From: Antedon mediterranea
Lineage: Eukaryota > Animalia > Echinodermata
Direction of reading: 5' to 3'
Assembly: GCF_964355755.1 (NCBI RefSeq)
Contig: NC_092678.1
Location: forward strand, 17,563,365-17,627,364
Length of the DNA stretch: 64,000 bases
The position numbers and the translations under genes were made by a program. Positions 34,617 to 49,600 of this stretch are shown piece by piece. The notes below the pieces were generated by a model. It was not told the DNA's origin. It did no database searches and saw nothing but the letters and a program-made list of their open reading frames with translations. Position 1 is the first letter of the stretch. Each line of letters begins with the position of its first letter.

Positions 34617-37600
34617 GTAAGGACGGTCTGTTCCCGTGCAGTATGATGGATGGATGGAAGTGGGATGTGTTTGGCCTAGCTAGCTAGCCTAGCTACTTGA
34701 AGATCTATAGGTCTAAAGAAATTGGCTATGATTTGAATCTAGACCAGGGAGAGAAGTGACTGCCCTGCTGCATCATAGCCTAGGCCTTCCTTCTCTATTT
34801 ATCAAACATTTAATCATATGGATGGAAATTGAAACACAGCATGCGTGCGATGTAGGCCTAGGGGAGGGCCTATCTAGGCCTAGCCTAGGCGGCCAGGCTA
34901 GGCCTAGGCGACCAGGCTAGGCTAGGCCTAGAGACTACTAGGACCTAGGCCTAGCTGGGTAGGCTCATGACACAAATGTATTGCTTTTGTCTACGATCAT
35001 GTAAAAACCGTAAAATATAACGAAAATGATTAGGCCTAGGCCTAGATCAGTGGTAGGTTTTTAGTCGCGTGGACGCGACTCTATAGTTCACTATGTCGGT
35101 TGGTCTGTCTGTCGGTCTGTCAGTTTGTCTGTCGGTCTGTCTGTCGGTCCGGTATCACTATGCATTGTAGCACGCGACTTAATGGCTGTTGGCCTTGTTT
35201 ATAAAAAAAGGATCCGGCACATCTTCTATAATCTTAATGCACTTGTCAATTGTATGACCCACTATACGACCTCCGGGCAAGGTGTGTCATTTGTCCAAAG
35301 TATGCACCCGTGTGTAAAAAATATGTATTACCTTTAGGTGACCATGACGCACTGTGACCATGTTGTTTATTATATGGTGGGTGGTAATTGTCATTGACAC
35401 ACCATTGTTCATTGATATGATGTAGGCCTACCATCTAGGTTTTTTGATGCTCCCTTGTGTCAATAATTATTTGTAAATGATGCACTTCTCCTGGGGGTCG
35501 TATAGTGGATCATTTTGACAATGACAAATGTGCATAATTTAAAGCCTATATCACTTGTTAATTTTATGACCCACTCTATGACCCCCCCCCCCCCACACAT
35601 TTGTCTGATGTGCGTCATTTAACATATTAAGAACATTACCTTGTTGGTTATAATATAGTGGGTGAGTGGTAGAGTGACATACATTGAAAATACCATTGTT
35701 TATTGATGTAACCTACCATTTAAGTTTTTTGTTGCACCCCTGCGTCAATAATTATTTGTAAATGATGCACCCATGACGCACCTCTCCCGGGAGTCGTATT
35801 GTGAGTCATTCAATTGAAAAGGTGCATTACACAAAATGTAATGTTCGTAATTATGGTATATTGTAGGTGCACGCCTACTAAAAGCATTTAGTATTAATAA
35901 ATGTTATTATTTTATATTTCAATTTTATACAATTTTTTAAAGACCCCTTCCCTGCAATTTTGGACGTTTTTTGGAAAATAATACATACATATCACTTTAA
36001 AAACATTAAACCATGTCATTCCTTGTCTTAAATGTACGTTTTATGGTAAATTATGATAAAAAGTGAGAAACAATGCACTACCTGTACCTAATTAGCTCGC
36101 GGCGATCGACCTCTCGTGGACGGTCTTAGGCCTAGCCTAGCTAGACTTAGTTTTGTAGGCCTAGCTGGTAAACATCGATAACGTACGAACATCGTACGCT
36201 AGCTATATACCTAGCCTGACGTTGTATAGTTGCTGCATTAATTGTCTTTCTATTTTTGCCAGACTCCGTTGATACAAATTGGGGAAAACCCGGTATTTTC
36301 GCTGAAAAGTTAGGAGTCTTCCATTTGTTTTGGCTTCACGATCGATCGAAAAGTGGGCGAATTACAGGTGAAAAACAAAAATATCAATCCGCGCGCAATG
36401 CATTTTGGGATTTATAGCGGGCCGCTATAATTATAAGAATCGATTTATTTTTCACATTTTTAACCGTTTAAAGACGAAAAAAGTTATCGCAATAGGACCA
36501 TATAGTATTATTTTTACATTAAATATAGTTTGTGATCTTAAATTAGATCTAAAAAACGTAGGGAATGGGGCTTTAAACAACTAACATTAGAAGTTATCAA
36601 TTACACCAGTCACCGGTGTGATGTGCCCAAATATGGTAGTGATATGCCCAAATATGATAGTGATATGGCCAAATATGGTAGTGATATGTCCAAATATGGT
36701 AGTGATATGACATCATCATGTCCATATATGGGCAACATTACATTTAATTACATAAACTTATTGCTATGTGTAATAATAAATAAGAAATAAGTGGCTTTTG
36801 TTATTTTGAATCTTTATTTTTACGTTATTTTATATTTTTTGTTGTTGTAGGATGCATGCATGTAAGAACTTATCAGATTTTGTAAATCCACAGTGCGTGG
36901 TTTTGTTACATTTTTTGGAATAAAGTTACCTATATATATGTGTAATAATACATCATTGATGGATGGACGTTTGAGATGATGTACAGTGAACCATTCCAAT
37001 GTTGTGTTGTAACATAAGTGATCATGTTCGTTGTGTGTGTATTAAAAGTTAGTAAAAGATTTAAACCAACTAATGCTTTAAATGCTGGTTTACATACTGT
37101 GTGTTAATTTATAATTACCAACTTTGTCCTAAGCTCTGTCTACACTAGATGTGGCAAAAAATGTGATGCGCCCAAATAAGGTATTCCCAAATGTGGTAGT
37201 GATATGACATCATCGTATCCATATATGGGCACATCACACTTTTTTTGTCACATAAAGTTTGAACTTTATAATCTAATTTCATTATTAGGGATGTACATAT
37301 GATTTCAGAACCATCGCGAGATTAAGGATATCGACTAGGCTCGCGCTAACCGCTCGCCAATTCGCCAATGGCGACTGGAGTCTCCATTTGGCGAAAATAA
37401 TTATTGCCTCGTTCGCCAAATTGGCGAAAATACATTTCCAAGCCTAGGCCTAGCCTGGTCGGCGTGACTTCTTATGGGAGCGAGAATTCGCCACACTTCG
37501 GTACTTTCTGACTCGGGTACACTTTTTACCACAACAGCATTTTATGTGACGACGTCACGATCGCCGTGTTCATTTTTTTAGTTCTGTTTAAACATGCGCA

Positions 37601-40600
37601 GAGCGTGCCTCGATGACGTTTTAATGACACACAGTTAATGTGATTGGTTCGTGGCCGGTCGTCGTCGACGTGATGATGAGCGAATAAAAGGGGAAGTCCC
37701 TATTCTTCGACGTAGAAAATGAACTTCGAGAAGAAAATGTAAACAGAAACATGTGGACGAATACTTCCGTAAACGAGGCTGTTCTGTTATTTAAAAAGGG
37801 GAATTTTAAATTTAACAAAGTAATTACCTCAATAGTATAATGTTAACATGTTTAATTTTATTTCCCTTTCGATTATTCTAACCGAAAGTTGCGCTTTAAA
37901 TTGAATAGCTAAGAAACAACGTATACTACAACGGCAACCCTGGCCAAAGCGCGTTTCGGCCGCCTTCATAGAATGGGTTACGGCCGCTGCATAGCAAATT
38001 CAAAGCTTCTTAAATTTCTGTGGTACATTTCTTCCTAACGTACTTGTTTTACATAATAGATTGATAAATATTCCACTTATTAAATAATTTAATAAATCGG
38101 TAAAATTGACGTTTCGAAGCAAGTATTCCATGATGAGAGGCGACATTTTTCGACATGCCTCGTGTGCGGTGAATACTAGTTCAGAAAATGGAACAGTCCA
38201 CTGTGCGGGGGTTATCCAATCATTAATTAACGCGCTAATACCTAGGCGACGGTAATTTAGTAATAAGCGGAGAACTGAATCCCCCGTAAGGAAAATGATA
38301 AACACTGATATTTATGGTAGGGATTATTTTTTTCAGTGGTTGGTCTTGTTGGCTTCTTCGCACCAGGTCCACGCAAAGTCAAATAAAACGATGTGGTTTA
38401 TCAAACAGAAATATAAATTAGCTTTAATTCATTACTAAATTAGCCAGATTTTGATAATGAGAAAGGCTAAAAAATTGTTATCGGTAAAATTGACATATGA
38501 GGCGGATGTACATAATAATAATAACCAATTTACATATCAAAATAAAGAGTATTTAAAGCCTGATAACATGCAACAAAAATTACTCCACCACCTATTATGG
38601 ACCTCGTGCGATCGGGTGCGAAAATGGGTAGGTGTTTTCCGAAGTTATTTTTAGCGCGCAGATTTCGGCTCGCCGGCTTTTGTACCTCATTTTTAACTCG
38701 TGTTTTCTATTAAAATATTTAATAAACATAGATTAAAAATATATAAAAATAATCCCTTAAACAAGATCTTTCCAGGCATATAATTTTTATTCTCATGGGT
38801 ACATAAGAAATAGTATATTTTTAACTTCAAAGACACGTCACTTTTTGAAATTTCACGAACGTGTTAAAATCGCGGTAACGAAAACCAGCTTCATTGGGAT
38901 AAATAATAATAATATAAATGTAAAAGAAGTAAAATAACAAACAAATACATGCATTATTTATTTAATAAACATTTTTGCGAATTTTTATGGTTTTTTAAAT
39001 TTGGCTAAAGGATTTTCAATTTGGCTAATGTTTTTCAAAACCTTTCGCCATTTTGGCGAACGAAAATTTGACCTTAGCGCGAGCGTAGGATATCGATGCA
39101 TGCACTAATTTCATAGTAACCCTAACCCTTATTGTAATCGAAGCATGAGGCAGTATTAAAGCATTTCTTCTTAAAAGCAAAAGTTTATTAAAGCATAGTT
39201 ATGAACCAGCTCGATTTGTGTGGCATTTCAAAGTGATTTTTAATGAAACATGCATTTTGTACAAACACATGTGATGATCACACATTTGTCATGCATTTAT
39301 CAAGTCTATGCATGACTATTTTGTATACTATTTGAGAGGAAATGTACTCAAATTTATTAAAAATATAAAACAGTTAAAAAAATCTGGAATAAAATACAAT
39401 GGCGCGGTGGTGTTGTTATCATCTATGGCCGCCACAACAGTTTACATGCGAATCCGACCAGCCCTCTTTCTTGCACACGCTTGTTGAAACAAAAATGAAG
39501 AAAAAATCTAAAAGTGCCAAATTTGTCTAGACCCTACAGGGGGTCCTAGAATTACCTGTCACCCACCTCGCCCCCCCCCCTCCCCCTTAAAAAATGTCAT
39601 TTCAAATCTCTCAGAGTCAATAACCCCATTTACACTTACAATTTGAGCTGGCCCTGGGTTGGCAATCAATAAGTCTAAAAACTTTATAAAGTTAGGCAAG
39701 CCCTGGGCCGGATGCAGACCTGGACCACCTCTTGAGGTGGTTCCAGTAGCGGCTTTTATGTTTGGGCTGGCTTATGCAGTGAACCGTGACCAATGGCTTA
39801 AGAAAATGTAAATTAATCCTCAGGTTTTGCGAACGCAAGTGTACACACGCTAAGAACAGGCTTGAAAAACTTGTACCCGATCCTGGAGCGTCACAGGACC
39901 CAATCATAATGTGAAATAGGGTCTATTTATGTTAAATTACAAATTAATTATTTTATGTGTTTTTAGTTACCATCAGATCAAGTTCTTGCGTCTATTGATC
40001 GTGCAATGGAGTTCCTTCATATAGCAGCAACCAATAAGAATGGGGTTTACACAACTGAACAAAGAAAAAGCTTACAGTTAAGTGTGTTAAGTTAACCAAG
40101 GCAATCCTAACAGTAGGATGCTGAGCTCTGGAGATCAAAGGGTAGTAACAAAGTGCGAGGCAGCGAGGCACGCGAGGCAGGGAAGGCATGCGAGGCAAGT
40201 CAGAAATTTATGCGAGGCATCGTTTTACCATCATCAAAAAATGCGAGGCATCATTTTATCATTTCTCAAAATTGCAAGGCAGGAAATCACCGAAATTGAA
40301 GTAGCCTAGGCCTAGGCCCGCTAGGCTAGCTTCCTTTTGCACCTGCCTTGTAATTTAACCAAGGCTTTATCCTGAATACCACAGCTTAGAATTAGTAGGC
40401 CTACTTTAATGAAGAAAAATCACATAAAAGTAACACTAAATCCATTAAATTGGTGATTTTACAGACGTTGTTTTTCTCGCATTTCGCACACTCAATGTTC
40501 AATATTTTGGTTTCTATGGAACGCCAAAAGAAAAAAATTAATTAGAGGGCTAAAAACTCTGTGGAATCCATTTATATTTAACGCATTATTTGGTGAAAAT

Positions 40601-43600
40601 CAAGTACAATTTCAATAGATTTTGTCACTGTCAGTAAGGAAAAATGTTACTGTTGATAATGTACACGGTTTCGTTAACCTTTTAAATAAAATAGAAAAAT
40701 TCATCATAATATCCTTAGTAGGATGTCCTAGGTCTAGACTAGGTAGTGATGTTGATTTAGGATCGATTATTATTCTTTGAAAACAGAACAGTATCAGCAG
40801 TAACATATTACAACATTTTTATTGACAAATTAACAAATATATTGAAATAAAACGGGGTTTTCACCAATAAATGCATGAGAAATCGACGCATTCCACTGAG
40901 TTTTAGTCCTCTATTATCGTTGCTCTTTTGGCGCTCCATAGAAACAAAAATATTGAACATTGAATAAGTGAAATTCGCCAACAGTGTGCGAGAAACACGC
41001 CTGTAAAATCATTAATTTAAGGATTTATTTGTTACTTTTTATGTGATTCTTTCATTAAAGTACTCATGAGGTATACTTCTAAGGTGTGGTATTCACACGA
41101 TAAAGTTAGTTATCAAATTTGGAGTAAAAATACAAGCGAAGGAAACTAGCGCCAGGTTTATTCAGGCCCGTAGCCAGGGGGGGTTTTTATGGTTCGGGCG
41201 AACCCCCCTTTACAGCGAACCCCCCTTAACCAACTGCGAACCCCCATCCCCGACATGCCCAATACCTCACCCTCATCTCCAAAAATCCTCCAAATACGTG
41301 CCCCACAGTACAAAAAGTTGTTTGTAAATTGAAAAATTCGTAAACTTGTTCGTGAACCTTCTTCTCTGTATGAGCGTCAACTAGTGATACGTGTCTGTAA
41401 ATTTCTAAAAGCTGCAAATGAATTGCCGATTTTAACCTGAAAAATAAATGTTTGGTCCCTGCATGTAACATGATATTGACGCGTCTCATAGCGAGCTGGC
41501 GCACGAACGATTCGTACAAAGGACACCGCCAGACAACTGCGTACCTATAACCTAGATCACTGGCAGTCAGGCAGCATGCATAAATATAGCCTTCCGACGT
41601 ACATCAGTATTTATGTGTGACTATGAAGTATAATGTATCATAGAGGATTATAGTGAATATTAATATTTTACACTATAATATCTATGGTATCAAGTACTGT
41701 AGTTCACATTATGGCATCCGATTATTTTTTTCTAGACCACCAGCCGATACGTACTAAAATGTATCAATATCACCTATTTACATATTTATATTCCTCAACA
41801 AATTGCTGTAAATAAATATTATAGATAGAGCTAGCAAATAGCATTTGCCTTCACCCAGTGTGCTTTTTTCGGGGCTGCTCCTAGATATACGTTCGCATTG
41901 AACTTGAACGCAAAACAAAATACGGAGTAAATGATCAAACAATCGGCGGTTCCGCACAGAGCACGCGCATCTAACATACGGCAACAAATAGTTATCGTCA
42001 TTTAAATTATCGACGTGTTTGAGGAGGAGGAAAAAAGTACGATCTTTTTGCTCATTGGTTATATAGCATGCTGCACGAGAGTGTCTTTTCCGGCCATCTA
42101 GGGGTGTCATTTAACAAAATTCGCTTCGCATCAGGCTGGGGGGGGGGGGTTGACCCAAATATTTAGTGTCCGAACCCCCCCTTGACAGATCCTGGCTACG
42201 GCCCTGTTATTAGTACGTACATGGACAACAATAAATAAAAATCGTTCGTAATATACCTAGCTTACTAAAACAGGAATAGTGTATCATTATTAAATATTAC
42301 ACCAATTATTATTTTATCAAAATTGATTAAATTATTTTCTACATAGGCCTCTTATCTAGGTTAGGGCTAAGCATATTAGCTAAAGTTTAATTTTAGGCCT
42401 AGTATTACAATTGTCGGACGTAAGTCTTTTTTCACACGCGCTCCAGAATTCTGTCGCAATTTTTTTCTTTGCGGCATGTTATTGGATCGGCATATCAGTT
42501 ACCTTTTATTCACCGCCAGTTATTGAACTTGTCCTGGCAATCGCTGTTCACCTTATTTGCGAGAGAGGTACACGTGTTTTTCCTAGAGAATGGAATGTCA
42601 AAAATGTCTTTGGCACGCCGCTCAGAGAGAAGTCTGTGCGTTGCTGCTGAAACCACGTGCTATAGGAGGGGAATGCACCACAATCCTCTGAGCTGAGGGC
42701 TGAATCATTCCGCTACCTGCTAAATAGTAAAGAGGGATTGTCCATCTCTCGGGTCTACCGGATCTAGGTGCAGGGGTGTGACAAAATATTATTTTCACTC
42801 TGCTATGTTCGAGAGACATGTGAGTGAACACGCTCGAAATGCCAACAAACATTGCAGTCATTTGATGAGTGTGTCGCTATAACAATTATTGTTTATCGAA
42901 AGTTGAAGACTGTCGTTCAGTTTTTTGAACCGTAGTTTGGGCACTTTTGTAAAAGTAAAATTTGACACGATATGACTTGAATGAAAAAACAATCGTTACA
43001 TAAAAATAAACAACATGATGAGTGTATACACGAATCTATTTAGATACGCTTGTATCGATTGATTATTAGGCCTATAATATATCATAATAGCACGTTAAGA
43101 TATGCCTCGCACCTTTTTGAAATTGTAAACTATATGCCTCGCATGCCTCGCTGCCTCGCACTTTGTCAACACTCGAGATCAAAGGGTTTATCTGTGGCTG
43201 CGACACAATCAGTTCCACACGTCTTAACAGACACAGCGCGCCGCAGACAATGTACATTGTACAGTATTGTTGGTATTTGTCGCAGCCAGACATAAGATCA
43301 AAGTTCCTATGTTGGCAAGGCAAGCTCAGTGTCCTGTTGTTAGATTGCCTTAGTTAGTAATAAGAATAATAATAATGTTCAATTTATATAGCGCAAATTG
43401 CAGGGCACCTCTACTAAGTGCTGAATAATCAACAGAAAATGTGAAAAGCACTAATTAATTAATAAGTTAATTAATTAGCCACACAGAGTAGTAACTATCA
43501 CGTTGAACCAGTTACTGTTTCTGGATTGAATCAGGTCAGGGGTCATCAACAGTTTTCCATTGTAGGCCTATAGTCCAGTCCCTAAGGGGAAATGATGTTA

Positions 43601-46600
43601 CCATAGCGGATACAAGTGTGCCCTTTGGCATGTTGATAGAACATGATATGGAGATACCAAAACAAAGTTACTGGAAATCTGATTTGACCTCTGTGACCTC
43701 TGACCTCAATTTTTATATTTCTATCTTAAACAGCCATATCTCCGCAACGGGTTTGAAAATTGAAATGATATTGGTGTCAAATAGATCAGAGGGTACATAT
43801 TTATATTCGCTCTAATAGAACTTTTTTCAAAAAAACGACCGGAAATGTAATTTCTCAATGTCTTGACCTTTGACCTCGGCTTACTATATCTCAATAACTA
43901 CTGGTCAAAATTTCTTGAAATTTGTTTCAAATTGTTAAGAGCATACATATTTATATATACTCTAATTAAACATGTTCTTCCAAATCCACAGAAAATGTCA
44001 TTTACTGACCTTTGACCTTTAATGTTTAAATATGTCTGTATCTCTGTAACCAAATGTCATAAAAAGTTCAACTTGGTGTCAAGATGTTCAAAATGTAAAC
44101 ATTTATATTAGCTCTAATAGAAGATGTTATCATATTTTTACTGGAAATGCCAGTTTGAGGTATGACCAGGATATACTGTTAAGCGTGCGTGTGTCATACT
44201 TATAATAATATACCTAAAATATAGATTTAATGGACCAGAACTACATTCAATATCCTATTTAGCCTTTTACAATTTTCTTAAAACTTAATGTTTAATTTAA
44301 TTTCAATATATAATCCCATCACATGGTAGGCCTACACCGTAAGAGCAACACTTAATATCAACAAAAAATTAGATAAACTTAAAGTTAAATAACATTAATT
44401 TAAAAAAAAAGAAAGAAAATCAGGATCTTAAAGAAAGAAAAGAAGAATTAACCAATGCGATTTGATACTCATAAAACATGACCTAATTATCAATTAATTG
44501 CTTGAAGTATGCTGAAAAAATAAAATGTTTGAAACAGTGAGGAAAAAGCGAAGAAAAGAAAAACATATGTTTAAAATATTAGAAATCTGAAAAGGATCAA
44601 AGACAAATTAATTACAAAGCTGATTTCTTTTCAACAACATACTGTAGTGGAATATAAAAGGAAAATAAACCAGTGAGCAGTCAAAATTACCATCTTGGCT
44701 TGATGAGGCAATAACACATCCAGCTCATAACACTATACAGCAAAATCTTTGAAACCAGAAGAAATTAAGAGAAGCAATGATAATTATACTTTAATCCACA
44801 AAAACATGACAAAACTGACATCAACCATTACCGACCAAACGAACATTATCACATGTACACAAATAATTTACAAAAGTAATCAAAAAACAAAATCAGAGAC
44901 CGACTAGAAGTAAATAAACCAATATATAAGGCTTTATACAGTAGGACCATCTTATACAGTTTGTCAATCAACTAAAATAAAAAGGAAATGAATATCACCA
45001 AATCTTTGATTTAGAGATTATCAGAAAGCATTTGACTCAATAAAACAGGCATTACCATATTAGAGGGAAATATTATACCTCAACAAATATTGATTACGAT
45101 CGTTCAAAGAGAAGTTAAGGAAGATTAGTAAGACAAGGCGACACTTAAGATCTTCACTGCATTGGAAGAGGTGTTTAATCAAAGAGCTAATCTAAAAAAT
45201 AGAGTAAATATCACTTTAAAGACAAAATAAACAGTTAATTTAACCAAAATCACATTGACTTCCAGCCTATTTTTTGCTTTGAATTACAGTTTTTTTGGGT
45301 ATGCACTATATCATTTTTTTTTCAATCCAATTTTTGGTGAAACTATTGTGTGACATTAAAATTGCATATTCAACAAAAATGTTTGTCAAAATTACTTTTG
45401 TCAGGGGGAAAATAAGTATATCTTTAATAGCATGTGATATTATTAGCAAATATTTCAAATGTAGTTTTAAAACTTTCCCATTACAAACAATTGCCATAAT
45501 TCTGATAACATTACAATACACCCATCCTCTGGGACTTATTTTCATCCACCCCAACCCCCTCCCCTCTCTCGATCTCTTTTTATAGATTATTAATTGCTAA
45601 ATATATGCAAAACGATGGGTCATATCTCAAAATGACATTTCCAATTGAATTCTGACAAAATATTTTGTTAGAGCAAATATAAATGTGTATATTCTAAACA
45701 ATTTGACACCAAACTGAACTTTTTAGGACAAATAGTTACCGAGATATTGACATATTCAAACATTAGAGGTCAAGGGTCAAAAAAGCTTAATTTATGGTAA
45801 TTTTTTGAAAAAAGTTTCTATTAGACTAAATATTAGATTTATTTTCTTAACATTTTGAGCCCATTTTCAAATCTCTGAGATTGCGTGTTATTGAGATATT
45901 AGGCAATCAAAGTCAAAGGTCAAACTGAAAAATAAAGCCTTAGCGGCCATTTTTGTACAATTTTTTTCATTATAGCGAATATAAATATATATCTTCCAAG
46001 CATTCTGAAAAAAAAATTAATGTAAAATGTCCCTGCGTTGTCAAGATATGGCAATTTTTAGTTATATAATAGAAAAATAGAAAAATTGAGGTCAGAGGTC
46101 ACAGAGGTCAAATCAGATTTCCAGTAACTTTGTTTTGGCATCTCCATACTATACTCTACCAAACTGCTATATTGAAAAATTTGTATCCAGTCTGGTAACA
46201 TCCCACCCCTTTTTCTCCCCTTAGGGACTGGACTACTATATTTAATTTACAAATAATCTTGCCAGCCACTTTTAGCAAACAGAGTGTCTTAGTGCTGCAC
46301 TCGTCCATACTTAAGCTCTGTCTACACTATCAAACTAATTTGACAAAAAAAGTGTGATTTGCCCAAATATGGTAGTAATATGACATCATCATGTCCATAT
46401 TGGCACATCACATTTGTTTGTCGCATAAAGTTTGATAGTGTTGACAGAGCTTTGGTTGAATCTCTTTCAATGAAAATGTTGCTCCTTATTCAACATTAGC
46501 ATAATATTTCTATGTTAGTAATTAGTATACTTTATTATTACTTTTGTTAGTGTAACTTAGTAACCTATGTATACTTTACAAACTTGCATACATGCCAACA

Positions 46601-49600
46601 TCTGAATTAAAAAAATCGGGAAGTGGTGTTTTTTTTAGGTCAACAGCACCCTCTATCTATTATCGAGAGGTAAGGAGTGCAGTGTGTAACGTCACAAACA
46701 GTATTGCGTGGTGGCTATGTGAGGGGAATCCCTTTTCCGTTGTGAAGAAAATAAAAAATTGATGACCGCAGATGGTCATACAATGGTTTAAATATCATAA
46801 ATTTGCTTGTGTAAGAAAGAAAACCACACAAATACATCAAAATTCAGTTATCTTTGTAACCCAGAGAAAATGTGGAAAACCGGGAGCACAATATTAGGCC
46901 GGAAGACAAGTCTAAAATACTGGAGTCTCCCGGCCAAAACGGGAGTGTTGGCATGTATGAAGTTGTATGCAGAAGGGCCTTACTAATCAATTTTAATCTT
47001 TTTGTAGGAAGCTTGTTGAACATCGTCAAACCATCATGCGTAAACAGCTAGGTGAAAATGTACCTCAACCAAAAAGAGTAGCACCAGCAGTGTCCCCTAG
47101 CCAACTATCATCCTCTCAACAAACTCGAAACTCATTTACAAAAGACAACACGCCTCCGACGTCACCACAAAACTCACCTGTCAAACGAGCATCTAGTACT
47201 AAATCAATTAAAGCGCCCTCACCTCCAGCGCAACAAGTGCAATCTGTAATCCCCGTTCCACCTCCAGACTCAACGTCGCAATCGTCAACATCGCAGCCTG
47301 TTGATGCTTCCACGAGTCCTATGCCATCGCCCGTACGAAAATACCGAGCACAATTATCACCACGTGAACTTGCATAGTCACCAACCATGGAGTCGTTGAT
47401 TAGTCCAACACACAGAGCGCGCTCAGACAGTGCAATAGCTTCAAATCTTGGTCCTGAATTAGTTGAAATGGTGCGAGTTAACACAAACCTCAGTTTTAAT
47501 AAATCTAAAGTGGCTGTTGCCATGGTGTTGAATCATGTTAAAGATTCCGTGCCAAGTGTTGCCATGGTAATGGAGAATATTATAAAAACATTGAATACAG
47601 TAAGTTAATCAAAATGTTTATTTTTCAATTATATCAGTTATATTTACTTATCGTTATATTTATTTACATAATTAATTTTTTTTTTTTTTTCATTTCATTT
47701 ATTTCAATATCATTATCGTAGCCTTAGCTGAATTACGAAGATATTTACATTTGTTCAATATTAAAATTTGTATAACAGTATAAAACCAATGATAATTATA
47801 TATAAAAAAGAAGGCAAGTTACACAAGAAATACAATACAGGAACATTCAAAAAGTTTAGCTTAAAATATTAAAATAGAAAAAAAAAAAAAAACACCTAAA
47901 AGCATCAATAAGAATCGCAAAGCTGTACTGGGTGATATATACTGTTTATTCATTTAGAAGCGAGATAAGGTATGGTATTGCACTTTTTCTATTTGAGGGT
48001 AATGTCAGTACAGTCAACTCTCCTAATACCGGACACCTTTGGGCTTGCCAAATATGCCTGGTTTTCCGGAAATTCTGGTATTCGGAATGTGTTTTTATTG
48101 GTAAAAATAAATTGTGGACCTTTTGAACTTCAAGAAAAATCTGGTATTGGAAGAGTTTCTGGTGTTCAGAGAGTCGACTGTATACAGATTTTCTTTCTCC
48201 TATCAAACTACTGTAAACATCCCGAGTCACTGTTTAAAGATCAACCTCATAATAATAATAGCATATGATTGCTTGTAAAGCTAAATTATCAACTGTTGTA
48301 TATTATTAATAATATTAATATATCATATTTCCCAAGAGAGTTCCTATTTGTACAGTTAGTTAGTTTACAGAAACAGTTATTTCTCAAACAATATTTGATG
48401 AATGTCCTCATAATAATATTCAACATCCAACAATATTTTGCTTAGTGGTATGAATTACAGTATATTGGCATACTGTATCAAAAAATCATACCAAGTATAC
48501 AATACCATGTTAATTATGATACCATAGATGATCTAGACGGCAGCTGTTCAGCCCTCTTATCCCTAAAGATAGAATACAATGCAAAAGATAAAGGTTCAGC
48601 ACTTTATTAAAGGACAACTTGACCGAGGACCATTTTTTAACAACGTATTAGAGATGTACATATGATTTCAGAACCATCGCGAGATTAAGGATATCGATGC
48701 ATGTACTTGCCGTACAGCCGTCACCGTAATTTTATGTGATGTCACAGGTGCATCGAAAAATTTACGTCATGTGTTTTCTGGCAAAGTCTGGAAAATCGTG
48801 AACATTTCTAGTAAACACACTTCGTAAATAAATCATACGAAATGTTTTTTTTATTGTTTCTTTTGCGTATCTGGACTCATTTAGTAAATTTTTCGATGCA
48901 CCTGTGATGTCACAGTAGTTTACGACGACGGCTGTACGGCGAGCGCGTGCGGCGATATCCTTAATCTCGCAATTGTTCTGAAATCATATGTACATCCCTA
49001 ATACGTTGTAAAAATATGGTCCTCGGTCAAGTTGTCCTTTAACAATTTGTAGGCCCTTTAGAAACCTCTTTAAAGAAACTATACATTAGCAATGATTCGT
49101 TTCCATCTATTACGTAGTCAGGGGTATCTGTTGGAGGTGGACGGGATGAAGAGCGCCTCCAGGTGATTTTTTCTGAGCTGACAAGTTGTAAGGATGATGC
49201 GCAACAGAGAAGCTGGGCACTTCACGAGGATGAGTCTATCATTACGGAGTATTTAGAAGAACTTCTTTCAATATTGGTAAAGAAATTATTTTTAAGGCCA
49301 CCAAAACTACAGATATAATAGAATACAGCCCAGTACAGCCAACCTTCTTGTACCGGCCTAGTAACGTTGCTACTATAGCTGTTAGCCACCAACGTTGCCT
49401 ACATTAGGTTTTTTTTTTCCGGTATAAAAAGACTCAAAATACAACTCATAGTTGAAATGAAGAGCTTACATAGGAAAATGATAATTAACATAAAACCAAG
49501 TTTAACGTAGAAAAAACACATTAAGGCCTATGATACAGTAATGAACGGTTTAATTTATTTAAACTTAAATTTACTATAAAAATTGCACAAAGATCAACAG

